64,000 bases of DNA from the NCBI RefSeq assembly GCF_964188315.1, contig NC_135673.1, positions 6,386,001 to 6,450,000 of the forward strand, given 5' to 3'. The notes under the pieces were generated by a model. It worked only from the letters and a program-made list of their open reading frames with translations, was not told where the DNA came from and did not search any database. Position numbers and translations under genes: made by a program. Within the stretch, counting starts at the first letter, position 1, and each line of letters starts with the position of its first letter. Source of the DNA: Podarcis muralis. Taxonomy: Eukaryota. This document shows, piece by piece, positions 48,877 through 61,207 of this stretch.

Positions 48877-49185
48877 TGTGGTATGTGAGGTGGGGCTTAA
48901 CTCCCCCCTATGGGAGGTGAGGGCCCAAGGCACACCCCTGAGCGGTGACCCCGGGGGAGCTCCCAGTTGATGTGCATCAGCAGGACTCCTCCTAATGGTG
49001 GTTAACCCTTCCTGGACTTCAAGCAAGCTGGCTGAAGCCGGATAGTCGCTTAGGACCAATGCCTAAGCCAATACCACTCATTACCTGTAACCAATAAAGT
49101 TGTGGCCATTTTTAGCCCATTAACCTAAATAATGGTGTCATGTGCCTTCATTTCCACTGGGAGTATTGGCTTCGAACTCGCCACA
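48877..49185 (+). mobile_element. LTR-like or DIRS terminal-repeat-like element
   Basis: TGTGG...CCACA termini; CCAAT boxes; AATAAAGTTGTGGCC at about 49094. Confidence 0.55.
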
Positions 49186-49432
49186 CAATTTGGCCTCTGT
49201 ATTAATAGAATGCTGGACTAGATGGGTTACTGACTTGATGGGGGGGGGGGGATCCCACAGTGTTCATTAAAATGAGTATATCTCTAAACCTGGCAAAACA
49301 ACATGCCCAGCATCATTAAGATGCAAATACCTGAGAATAATAGCAATAATAAATATTTTGATTTGCCATCTAAAACCTTGAAGGAAAAAGACTAGCAGCT
49401 GCTTTGAAGGAAGGGAGTCCAGGGCTCTACAC

Positions 49433-49717
49433 CAGGGGTCAGTTCACTCCAGCAGAGAGCCCTCCATGGGCCGGATCACACATGTGCCTGCAATTTCTGC
49501 TGTCTGCGTCTGCGCAGATGCGATTTCTGGAGTCTGCGTCTGCGCAGGCGCGATTTCCGGTGCCGCGGAAGTGAGTACCCGCACCACGCAGCACCAGTTT
49601 AGCGCAACGTGTGGGGACTCGCCAAGTGGGCAGCTCGGTTTGGGGGTGGCTCAGGAGCCAGGTAAACGACCCCTGTGGGCTGCTTGTGGCCCATGGGCCT
49701 TAGGTTGCTGACCCCTG
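49433..49717. mobile_element. hAT MITE
   Basis: TSD CTCTACAC at 49425-49432 and 49718-49725; TIRs CAGGGGTCAG / CTGACCCCTG. Confidence 0.9.
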
Positions 49718-50841
49718 CTCTACACCATGGTTCCTGAATTTGTTCAAATTTGCAGCTCTGTCATCAGCATGTCTCTTGGGTGTGCAGAGGCAGAGTTATA
49801 CCACCAGTGTGCAAGGTGGTATAACCATTTGCAAGGATGAGCCAGACCAGAAAGGGGTGGGGGTTTTTTGTCACCTGTTAAAATCAACAATGTGATTTTG
49901 AGTAATTTCCTTCATGACTGTAAACAAGTAGGAAGTGTTTACCTATTCAGAATAAGAGCAGGAAGCATTGCTATTGCTTTGGATTGGCATTATGACATCT
50001 TGATATAGCCAAATCTGATTGGTCCTGTGGCATTGTCACAAAGGCAATTCACAGCAAGGGCAGGAAGCATTGGAATTGTGGTTTCGTGGCATCATCACAC
50101 TGATTGTACAATCACATATTGGATGAAAGCACATAGTCAAAAATATGCTTTAGAAACATATAAGATTAAACCATCGAAACAGCAACCCAGAAATGCAGTG
50201 AACAGTTGAGAAAATATATAGAGAGAGGGTGAAATTCCCCTTTGTACTAAGAAAAGGCCCCTTCATATGTAAAGGTGGTATATTTTTAGATACTCCTCTG
50301 GCAGTACATAGCTTACATTACACGCTTATGTTCCTACTCCAATATATGATACATGATCATACCTCAAGATATCAGAAACATGTTCATCCTGCAACACATT
50401 ATACGAAACTGAATCTGCATGCAGCACTCCTCCACGCACTTCAATGCTAACAGCTTCTCCTTCTGTCACCTGCCCACCCTACAAGAACAGTCAGTTACCC
50501 CCACTTGCCTTGTCTCCCCATCTATCATCATTTAAAGCCATTGGCCCCTGCTCTTTTCTGCACAAGACTGACTAGGCCTGTCATCTCCACCTGCTGTTTG
50601 TGTAAAAACAATAATCATAAATAGGAGGTTAGGAACAGTTCATCAGTGCTGGTTGCTGATAATAGCTAGGGAGTTGGTGCTGTAGGATTGGTGAAGGCGC
50701 ATAGCTGGGTGGAATTGCTGGTTCCGGTGTCAGGTATTCATCTGCCGGCAGGGGTCCACATCTGGTATTTTCAAAGAAAGCAAAAATATATCAACAAACA
50801 GCTCAAGCCGGGTGGGACTGCTTCCTTTGCCTATGATAGTA

Positions 50842-51078
50842 CAGTGGTACCTTGGGTTACAAACACCTCGGGTTACAAACACCTCAGGTTACAAACTCCG
50901 CTAACCTGGAAGTAGTACCTCGAATTACAAACTTTGCCTTAGGATGAGAACGTGCGGCAGCAGTGGCGTGGCGGCAGCAGGAGGCCCCATTAGCGAAAGC
51001 ACGCCTCAGGTTAAGAACGGTTTTGGGTTAAGAACGGACCTCCAGAATGGATTAAGTTTGCAACCCAAGGTACCACTG
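50842..51078. mobile_element. Tigger/pogo-type MITE
   Basis: TA TSD; TIR CAGTGGTACCTTGGGTT; same family as 16450-16692. Confidence 0.92.
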
Positions 51079-51184
51079 TATTTCAAGATGAAGGCACAAG
51101 GCAAAGTACACAGGGCAGGTGGGGGCAGGTGTAGCTGGAAAGCTGCTGAGGCACACACCACTTCAGGAAGCCCACTGTCATGAG

Positions 51185-51990
51185 GACTTAAGAAAAGTCA
51201 TGTTAGATCAGGTCAAAGGCCCATCTAGTCCAGCACCCCTTTCTCACAGTAGGCAACCAGACAACGATTGGGAAGCCCACAAAGAGGACATGAGTGCAAC
51301 AACACTCTCTCTGCTCATGATTCCCAGAAACTGGTATAGAGAGGCACACTGCCAATGATAGTGTAGGTAGAACATCGGCATCAATGGCTAGTAGGCATTG
51401 ATGACCTATGTACTAGTCTTAGATTAATAACTTGCAGAATCCAGGATGTCCATGAATAAACTTTATTAACTATTTGTAAAATGAGGAATCTATGTTAAAG
51501 AAAGTCGTAGCTTCTCTACTGCTGAATAAGTCTCCTACCCAGAAAAGGCCCCTTCTGTCTCATCTGTTTCACTTAAGCACAACCCACTTAAAGAGTGATT
51601 GTGTCCTCACAGCTTTATCTTCCATAAAATGTGTCTTATTGTCTTTTAAAGTTTCCAGGTTGGTAGCCATTGTTACATCTTATGGGAACATACTCCATTG
51701 CTTAACTATGTGTTGTGTGAAGACAATCTTCCATTTGTCTCTCCTGAAATTCCCGCCATTCAGGCTCATTGTTCTAGTATTATGAGAAAGTGAGAAACAT
51801 TGGTTTCTATCCACTTTCTCCACACCATGTATAATGTTATACATCTCTGTCATGTCCACCCCCAGTTACCTTTTCCCCCCTATAAATTAAGAAGTCCCAA
51901 ATATTTCAACCTTTCATCATAGGGGAATTGTTCAACCTCCTTTATTATTTTGGTTGCCCTTTTCTGAACCTTGTCCAACTCTACAATATC
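51185..51990 (-). mobile_element. Old CR1 3' portion
   Basis: GGCCCATCTAGTCCAGCA 3' UTR and decayed ORF2 C-terminus at 51620-51990. Confidence 0.65.
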
Positions 51991-54079
51991 CCCAGAGTGT
52001 TGTTGCCTCCAGAGCTTTCTGATCCCAATTCTGCTCTTCTCCTCACTTACACTGCCTGTCTACCTGACCTCTCTGAATATGCAAGCTGGAGAGAGAGAGA
52101 GAGCACTTTCCTCCATTTGCCTTATGATCTCTCTGGACTATTGTGTGGACTGGGCTCAGAGGGAGAGGGAAAGCAAATAGATGAAGGCAGAAGCAGGGAT
52201 GAGAAGCTGGTGCTCCACTAAAAGCAGCTTGTCTAGGAGCTTCCCAAAATTGGGAGCCAGCAATGGAAAGGGTGGAACTCAACTTCATTCACTGCCTGTC
52301 TGATTAATGTCATGCCACAGCCAACCTACCCTGTGGAGGAGGCTCCTAAACAAACAAAATCTCTCTCTCACACACACCCTGCAAATTATCTCTAATACGT
52401 TTTTGTAATTTTCTTTCAAGGTCAAACCAATGTTATTTTGATCTGTTGATCGTGCACTGTGTGATCAAGTTTTCAGAGGAGGAAGAGGTTGCAGTTCCGT
52501 CCTTTGGTGTGGAATCATCAATACTTTCTATGGGATCCCCAACTTCCATTGAGTTGTAGGAGGATTCTCCCACAGTTCCACACTACCACTGTGTCCCTAA
52601 ACCCTGAACGATCCAAAGACTGCAAAATCTGGTTAGGGCGCTTGAATAACCAGCCAGCTCTTCTGGGGAGGTGGTGCTTACTGCACTACAACAGTCAACA
52701 AAAAGATATGGCTTCAGTTATTTCTATATGCTTTGGTGGGGGTAATAGATTGTTTTGAGACTTAGGTGCTTATTCCTGCCATTAGCTATAGTAGCTCAGG
52801 ATAATGGGAGTTGGAGGGCCATAGGTTGTCAACTCTGCGTTAGCTGGAATCAACTATCTACCTCCAGCAAACTCTTCTCTCAGTGCTGGGCAAGAATACC
52901 TTGCAAACTGTCTCCAGCCCACCTGATGTCAATTTGCACATTTAAGGAGGCTTACAGAATACCAAACAAATTTTAAAGGACTAGAATAAGTATTTCTTTC
53001 CATCCATGAACTGTCCTGATGGAAAAGGCTATTTGTTCAGCATTAAGGAAAGCTTTGCCATCAACTCCCCCTCATTCAGTTCTGGAGTCATTTCTACAAA
53101 TGCTTCTACCGCAGCCAGCATGAAGATCACCCACCCAATTATGGTTGGATTGAAACCTCACACTTGTATTCAAAAGCTAAGCTGTTCTTCTGCAAAAGTG
53201 GATCAGCGAAATGCTCCAGGGACTTGTTGGTTGGCATTCGTCTGTCTCAGGAGACAATGGAGGAGTGCACCTTTGGGGGTGAAGTCAGCTCACTTGTCAA
53301 GTGAAACTCTGACCCATTGAAGCAGGCAGACAGTGGCAGGTAAGCACTTTATTTACCAGGGGATGCTTGGCTTAAGGCAGGCCACAGCTGACCAGTGATA
53401 TATGATTATCTCTCCCATCAATGAAGGCAACCCATAACTGCTGCCTCCCATGTTGTTTTTGCTGTGTTTGCAACACCAAACTGACTGGGTAATTATTCAT
53501 TGAAGTGTAATGCAGGGGTGAGCAACACATTGCCATTTACTCCCAGCTCCTGCATGACAGTTGAGTAGACATCCAGTGAAAGGTGCTTCCTGGCCCACAC
53601 ATTGCCATTTACTCCAGCTCCTGTGTATTCACACTGCTAGCGTTTGAAGCTGAGTGGACATGATGTTAGCTACAATCTATACCTAGCCTGTAACTTCTTA
53701 AGAAATACTTCTGATTGGTGTGCTATTTCTGAAGCCAAGTTCTGTCCAATTAGAAAATGTAAACTGCAATTCAGTTAGGCGTGTACATTTCCACCAGCTG
53801 TTGCACATGTGCAGATGACAGCATCATTGAACAGGAGTTCAGCATGGTGAAACTAATCAGGTAATGAAGTCCAAGTTTGAAACATCCCCTCCCCTTGTCT
53901 GGTGTGAACAGTAACATAAGAAAGTGACCCAACAATGCTACACACCTACCTCACTGCAGTCAACTGAAAGCAACTAACCATGCCCGGCCCCCACCAACCT
54001 CTCTCAATGCCAATGAAAACTAATAAATGAATAGGAAGAGAACCTATCCATATGATGTTGACACAAAAATCTCACACAT

Positions 54080-54270
54080 ACGCTATGCAAAAGAATGAAA
54101 GTTTATTACCCCCCTTCTATCTCGCCTTGCTTTCTCTCTCCACCTCTTTTCTCCCTTAACCTCACATCAAAAATGACTCATCTGTAGAAAGGATTTTATG
54201 ATATGAAAATAGAGATGATGTATGTATTTTAGTAACCCATGAAAATCTTAATAAAAGGAAAAAAAACAGC
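54080..54270 (+). mobile_element. Possible L1 3' UTR and A-tail
   Basis: AATAAA followed by an A-rich tail at about 54250-54268. Confidence 0.35.
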
Positions 54271-54889
54271 TTCTGTCCCACGACAGGGAAGCAATCCCAG
54301 CAAAAGCTTTGGCTGCTATGCATAGGCTATGTACACATTAGCAACTTGAAACTCAGCGAGGTCACCCATCCCATCCCATCTCATTCCACAGCTGTGTTTC
54401 AAGTCAGTTTTTATGTTGCAGTTCACACCAGAGAAGGGAAGGGAGTATTTTCATCCTTGCCCTTGATTACCTGATTTGTTTTACCATGCTGAACTCATGT
54501 TCAATGAAATAGTCATGTGCACATATGCAACAGCTCCTGGAAATGTACACACCTCAGCTGAACTACAACATATATTTTCTAATTGGATGGAAGCTGGTTT
54601 GAGGAGAAACACACCAAACAGGAGCATTTCTTGAGAAATTACAGGCTACCTATAGAATGTGGCTAACATGTGTATTCAGCTTCAAACACTAGCAGTGGGA
54701 GCATGCCAGAGCTGGAGTAAATGGCAATGTGTGGACTGGGAAGTACCTGTCACTGGATGTCTACTCAACTGCCATTCATTTTTCTTTCCTAAGTTCACAC
54801 TGTGATTACCAATACTTATGGGAATTCTGAGCTCAGGAGGTAACTGTCACTATCTGTCTACTCAATTATCATTCCTTTTATTTCCTATG

Positions 54890-55640
54890 TCACATTGTGA
54901 GTTCTGTTCCTTAAGATATGGATTGCACCTCACAGCAGTTGGTGAGAATGTGTTTGCTAAGAGTTGCCTGAACCTGATCAGGAGAAGAGATCCATGGCTT
55001 GGAGCTCTGAAGGCAGATTCCTCAATTGCCTCACTAAGAATTTCATTTCCCATAAGGTAGAAGAAGCAACAGGGGGTATGTTCTAAGAACCTGGCTCTCA
55101 CTGACAGGGATGAACTGATTGATGAGGTGGAAGTACTGGGAACCTTGAGAGGAAGTGATCATGTCCTTCTGGGATTCATATACAGAAGCAAAGGAAAGCT
55201 GACCATAGTCAGACTTGCACTATGGACTTTATTTTAAAAAGGCTGATTTCAAAAAGCTTAATGAACTACTGAGTGAGATCCCATGGTCAGAAATACTCAA
55301 AGAGAAGGGAGTCCAAGATACATGGGAGTTTCTTAAAGGTGAAATATCAAATGCATAATTGCAAACAAATCAAGCAAGAAAAAAATTGTGGGAGGCATCT
55401 AAAGAAACCAGTGCAGCTGAATAAGAAGCTTACAGATGAGCTGAGATTTAAGATGGCATGTTTAAGAAATGGAAGAAAGGGCAAATCATGAAGGAAGAGT
55501 ATACACGAATAACCACCACTTGTAGGAAGAAGGTCAGGTGCATTAGAGCTCAGAATGAGCTCAAGCCTGCAAGAGAAAGTTTAAAAAGTTTTTCAGCCAT
55601 GTCTAAAGTAAGATGAGGAACATGCAGTTAGTAGGTCCTC
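54890..55640 (+). mobile_element. CR1 fragment (ORF1 end, endonuclease end and linker)
   Basis: GLHLT..GENVFAKS..NLIRR and TDRDELIDEVEVLGTLRGSDHVLL; similar to the CR1 at 37.2-38.2 kb. Confidence 0.8.
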
Positions 55641-56339
55641 TGGCTCGGCATGCTAGAGGGAACCATGCCTGACAAGGTATCTTGGTCTCTGCTGAGAAAG
55701 CATCAAGGCAAGTTTAGCAGATTTAGCACAGCTCACAAACACGGAGGTGGTCTGAAACTTGAAGAAACACCAAGCTTTTCAGAAGTTTTTTTTCTTTTCA
55801 TTTTTAAAAAACCTTTAGAAAAGACCCCAAGGATAGGAACCCCATAAACGGATCTGGGTTCTGACAGGCTGATTGCAGGGTAGGGGCTTGGTGAGAAGGA
55901 GAATAGAGTTGCTAGGATCCTGAACAGTAACAGCTCATCTGAAAGTTGGCAAAACTGACTATTGTGTCAAGCACTGAGTTAAAGCATTATGTCTGTCCGT
56001 ATGGAACTTCGTAATATCAGTGCCCACTGAACAAAAGTTATGTGTCCATGCATTGGTTGAGAAGAAATCCATGCATACGGATGTGTTGTCTTATATGAAG
56101 ACATAAACCATGTATGCATTAATGTCATGAAATGGGCTATAAACGGACACAATATTCAAAAACTGATCAAATCATTCAAGGGTGGGAAGTTGCCCAAGCA
56201 GGCACAAGCTGTAGCCTTGCAACAGCGGTTAAATAACTGAGACAATACACTGGGGTTTGGTGAATGTTCACCCAAATAACCCTGATTTGCTTCATAATTT
56301 GTACTAAACACCACATGGGAGGGAGCTTGACAGGTGCCT

Positions 56340-56661
56340 GACCGTGCTGATACTCAATATTGGTTGCAAATTAACAATGGGACAACGAAAATGGATTCTA
56401 ATAGTAGCCAAGAGACTGATACTGATGACTTGGAAGAATAAATATACAATTCCTTTTAATCAATGGACTGGCAATACGACAACACTTGCAGCTTATGAAT
56501 GGGCTGCTTACAAATGTAGACTTTGTTTGGATAAATATGACAGCATTTGGAATGAGTTTATACAGAACGTAGTAGGCTATTAACATCTATACATGTGTTA
56601 AGATAAGAACACTATATCAATTTATATAAGAATGTATGGAAATATATTACATTGCTTGTGT

Positions 56662-56709
<48 letters not shown>

Positions 56710-56795
56710 TTATACTCATCTCTTCCCCCCTCACTTTCCCCCTTTTCCCTTTGAATAACTTTATTTCTTTATAATTGAAATTTCAATAAAAATAT
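56340..56795 (+). mobile_element. L1 3' end with (GT)n
   Basis: LIVAKRLILMTWKNK...QW...LAAYE...KYDSIWNEF; AATAAA at about 56785. Confidence 0.8.
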
Positions 56796-57549
56796 TAAAG
56801 TTTAATATTGGTTGGTGCTACAAGGACTGTAGCTCACTGGTGGAGCATCTGCATTGCATGTAAAAGTTTTATTCCCCGGCTTCTCCTAGTATCATGAGTC
56901 CAATGGAGGTTGCATGGTCTGATCCCAAAAAGGGATGGGAGGAGTGCAGAGAATTGGAGCATCATGACACTGGGAAGGTCCTAGTGGGGTGGGGGAAAGT
57001 CAGGGAAATCCCAAGCATTGTCCATGGAAGGGGCTGAGAGCATGAAGAAGGATGGACTGGATCCTGGGGAAGGGAATCAGTAGGCTATCAGAAAGAGTGT
57101 TCTTCTGTGGTGATATCCGTAGACATATTCCTCTAGTCATAGAACCACCTCCAGAACCTCCCGCTATCTGGGACACACCTCCTTTGGAGAAGGAGGCTGT
57201 TGAAAAGAAATCAGACGCTGGCGTTGACTCTGCCTCCATTGGCTAGAGTGCACTGAAGCAAACAGACTTTGTAACCTCAAGCCACCCAGAGAAGGGGCTG
57301 ATTGCTTGCACAATCTGGCTTGCTCTGACTGTTTGTCATAGTAATTGCTGTGCTCACTCTGTTATTCAAAAGGAGGTTGCAGGGAACCTGTTCCTTGTTG
57401 GATCCAGGTCTTAGTTTGCACCCAGCCATGCATCTTATCATCTTGCTGTATCTTGTAACAATGCCCTGCTTATGAACCACTCTGATCTAAGCATTGAAGT
57501 CTTTGGCAGAAACAAGGCCAAAGACTTTGGCAGTGACGGCCAGGGCACC

Positions 57550-57810
57550 TAGTAGGGCTGGGGGGAACTCCTGCCTGAAACCCTGGAGAGCCACTGCCAG
57601 TCACTGTAGACCAGGCATGGCCAAACTTGGCCCTCCAGCTGTTTTGGGACTACAATTCCCATCATCCCTGACCACTGGTCCTGTTAGCTAGGGATGATGG
57701 GAGTTGTAGTCCCAAAACAGCTGGAGGGCCAAGTTTGGCCATGCCTGCTGTAGACAATGCTAAGTGGAGCAATGATCTCACTTGGTATAAGCAGTTTCCT
57801 GACATTTCAC
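57550..57810 (+). mobile_element. SINE 3' part interrupted by a MITE
   Basis: CTGCCTGAAACCCTGGAGAGCCACTGCCAGTCA|...|GACAATGCTAAG...GGTATAAGCAG. Confidence 0.7.
57612..57747. mobile_element. Young palindromic hAT MITE
   Basis: TSD CTGTAGAC at 57604-57611 and 57748-57755; near-perfect long inverted arms. Confidence 0.95.
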
Positions 57811-58464
57811 ATTTCCTAATGCCTTGGGATGGATTGGTTTGGAAAGGAAGGGGTGCAACTGGCCCCAATTTCAAACCACTGGAAATGTCCCTTGGGCACA
57901 TCTTGATGAGTAAACCTACAGGTGTTGTCAGGCCAACACAGAGGATATAAATATCATCTTGCTCCTTATCTAATGGAGTTTAGCGCTTCACTCAGGTTTT
58001 TGCTAAGTGCCACAGAAGCATTAATTAAATGTCACACTTCACCAGCCTAGCACCAGTTCTCTGTTGTGCCAGCATAGCAGCAGTGACCTGTTAATAAACC
58101 CTTCCCTGCAGTGAGGCCTCACTTGTGTTTTAATTCATTCATACCTGCAATGTCTCCTCACTTCTCACAAGTTTGAGAAAAGAAGCACTTAATTCAGGAA
58201 ATGATTTTCATGCCCTCTGCTGCTTGTCAGCTTTCTCAGCGGAAAATCTGTGCTATATCTCCAGTAAGGTGATCAGAGTGACCCTGAGGACTTTTGCTTG
58301 TCATGTGACTACAGCAGCCTCCATACTGTGGAATAGGGATGGGAGGAGCAATTTGGTTTGCATTTAATGTGAGCCTAACTTAATATGCACTTCCCAAAGC
58401 AATTCGTTGATAAGAAGGCAGCTTAACATTCAACATTGCAAGTTTATTAATCTGGTAATACAAT

Positions 58465-58630
58465 ACTCCTTCATGGATCACTGCCTTGCCGTGGCGAAGG
58501 GGCTTGAATAACTCAGAGAAGCTATGAGCTATGCCGTGCAGGGCCACCCAAGATGGACAGGTCATAGTGGAGAGTTTTGACTAAATGTGATCCGCCTGGA
58601 GCAGGAACTGGCAAGCCACCCCAGTAAGTA
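58465..58630 (+). mobile_element. BovB/RTE 5' UTR fragment
   Basis: GGATCACTGCCTTGCCGTGGCGAAGGGG...GCCGTGCAGGGCCACCCAAGATGGACAGGTCAT. Confidence 0.8.
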
Positions 58631-58699
58631 TCTTCTGGGGCAGAAGACAGCAATTCAGAGAGACCAAAGCATGGCAAGTCTAAACAAGCACCAAAGGCC

Positions 58700-59110
58700 C
58701 TTAAGAGAGAGTATACAAGTGTTCATATACCAATGTTAGAAGCCTCCAAGCCAAGACAGGTGAACTGGAGTGCTTGGTCTTGGAGGGAGGGCAGCATTGA
58801 TACACTGAGCATAATGTAAACCTGGTAGAATGAAGAGAAGCAATGGGACATGCTTATCTCCAGATATAAACTCGGTTGGAAGGACATAGAAAGATGTATC
58901 ACTCTTCATCAAAGGTAGCATTGATTCCACCAAACTAGAAATCTCAAAAGGGGCAGAATCAATGATTCCACAGAATCATTATGGGTGATGATTCCAGGCC
59001 ACAAGAGTAATTTTGTACTGGGATCATGCTATTACCCCCTGAATAAAATGCCCACAGAAACCTTGGGATGATGAACTAAATCAAGGAAGCTTCTATAAGG
59101 AGAAAGATTG
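58700..59110 (+). mobile_element. CR1 endonuclease fragment
   Basis: YTNVRSLQAKTGELECLV...QWDMLI. Confidence 0.75.
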
Positions 59111-59129
59111 TAGGAATGGGGGGGGCTTA

Positions 59130-59260
59130 TTAGGTTGTTGTTTTTATTTTGATTATATATTTTGTGGTTTTATATTTTGATTTTATTCTTTGAATATACC
59201 CTGAGACCTCTGGATATAAGGCAGTATATAAATTCGATTAACAACAACACCAACAACAGC
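59130..59260 (+). mobile_element. L2-type 3' tail
   Basis: CCCTGAGACCTCTGGATATAAGGCAGTATATAAAT followed by (AAC)n. Confidence 0.6.
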
Positions 59261-60103
59261 AAGTCTCCATGCTGCTGCAGTTCAGCTACAGTAAAACCTA
59301 CTTTGTCTGTCTTGCTATTTGTTATGGCCAAAACCAATGAAATTAACTGTGTAATGCAGAGAATTATGTACGGTAATTGTTTATGTAACATTTGGGCACA
59401 AAAGGAAGAAGATAGTAAATACTGCTTATATTTGTTTGCATGATTTCAGTTCCTGACTTTGAATAAACACATGAATTGTAGCAATTTCTGCTTCCATTTC
59501 CATTTTTGGCATAATTACCCAACATCCCTTGGGAGGAGTTGGATCTTTGTATCATCAAAATTAGCAATGTTATTAGGAGCTGATGTGAATGCCATGTAAT
59601 ATTCAATGAGCACTCTGGGAATTTAGCTGCTGCATGCTATGGCATACTCCATCTGAACACCACCACATTGTCCCTTCTGTCCTTGAGCTCTTTGTGTTGA
59701 CAGTTTTACTACTGAGGTTTGGTTATTTGTGAGCATTCCATGCCACCATTGCTGCTTAAGCAATAGTAAAAAAAGTGCTTTCAGACTTGTTAGATAAATA
59801 TATGCCTGGTTCTTTCCCTGGATGGAATCCCATGTCCTCCTAGAGGAAGGGAAACAGACACTCAAGACAAGGCTCAAATCAAAATTTATTTAGCTAAATA
59901 AAACCCAACCTTTTGGCTCACATCAGGAAGTTGGGTGGATTGCTTTCATCATTTTCCAAACTGCTTTTAAACAGCTCAGCAAAGCAAATCCCATGTACAA
60001 ATCCAAATGTAACATCTTTATCTAGTTTCGTGTGCTCAAACTGCAAAACTGGTCTTAGCTGGCTTTCTTCTGCAGGCTGCTTGGTTTTGTGCTGACTCAT
60101 TAA

Positions 60104-60283
60104 CAGTGGCGTAGCGTGGGGGGTGCAGGGGGGGCCGGCCGCACCGGGCGCAACATCTGGGGTTAGGGCAAATCCACAGGTTAGGGGGCGCAAATCCATG
60201 GGTTAGGGGGCGCAAATCCACGGGTTAGGGGGCGCAAATTACTTGCCTTGCCCCGGGTGCTGACAACCCACGCTACGCCACTG
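60104..60283. mobile_element. hAT MITE with internal 21-bp tandem repeats
   Basis: TSD CTCATTAA at 60096-60103 and 60284-60291; TIRs CAGTGGCGTAGCGTGGG / CCCACGCTACGCCACTG. Confidence 0.93.
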
Positions 60284-60573
60284 CTCATTAAAAAGGTGAG
60301 GGCCTACTGCTCCTCTTTCCTCAGTGGGAATGCAGCATATGAGATTAGAAGCCCCTAAATGGCCTTGAGCATTTCTAAGAAACTAGCTTAGAATTATAGA
60401 GTTGGGAAATACCCCCAAGGGTCATCCATCCCAACCCCCTGAAATAAAACTAGCTGCAGCTTTAATTTAACAGGCTGGTAGCAGCAGCAGGCAGTCTCTG
60501 CTGTGCCAGCATTACTGTCAAGCATCCTCAGGCAGTTATCTGAGCCCACCACTTACACCTGTCTTTAAGGATA

Positions 60574-60575
<2 letters not shown>

Positions 60576-60644
<69 letters not shown>
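60576..60644. repeat. (TC)n microsatellite
   Basis: Direct reading. Confidence 0.97.
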
Positions 60645-60645
<1 letters not shown>

Positions 60646-61183
60646 GCTTTTAGTGACCCATACCTTTATTTTTGACAATGCTTCAGAATGTGACTCAAAC
60701 TCTGAGATGTGTGTGTGCATGTGCACCTTCAGGGCATTGTTTTATGTGTTTGTGTATGGGGAGGATGTCTGCATCCTGAAACACTGGCACTACCAAGAGA
60801 AGAACCCACCAAATAGCACTTGCTCAACCCTGGAGCTACCTCAAAGTCAATGTATGTTCTTGCTTCTATGAGGGTTTTCTTTTTTAATGCAAAACACCTG
60901 CTTCTCAGAAAACTTGCTAATTTATCACCTTGTTCATGTCTCAGTAACCATGCCGAGAGCCTTAAACTGGCACATTCACAGTAGTTAGGGGGGTTGGAAG
61001 TAGATTTAGAATATAAATGGGGTTTCGTTCTAATGCTCTGAAGACATATCCTGTCAGGTCCAAAAGGGATCCTAGCTGAACATAGCTTGCAATGCAAATA
61101 CTCCCATTCACAAACTCCCTCACAAACACCTGAGTCCTATCAAACCTTTGCTGCTGGAGAGGTTTCTGCAAACACCCACTTAC

Positions 61184-61207
61184 TTCATATGGTGCCCAGA
61201 AGGTCAA
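61184..61207 (-). other. Candidate 24-nt microexon (LTFWAPYE in phase 0)
   Basis: TTTTCTCTCCCTGCCTTCAG | TTGACCTTCTGGGCACCATATGAA | GTAAGT; splice signals only, no gene identified. Confidence 0.4.

Noticed and set aside
53000-53330. Protein-like frames near ORF 53006-53320
   Set aside because: No family recognised; stops in the alternative frames; no splice signals identified.
53524-53625. About 27-bp direct repeat CACATTGCCATTTACTCC(C)AGCTCCTG
   Set aside because: Only two units; a simple local duplication, not an array.
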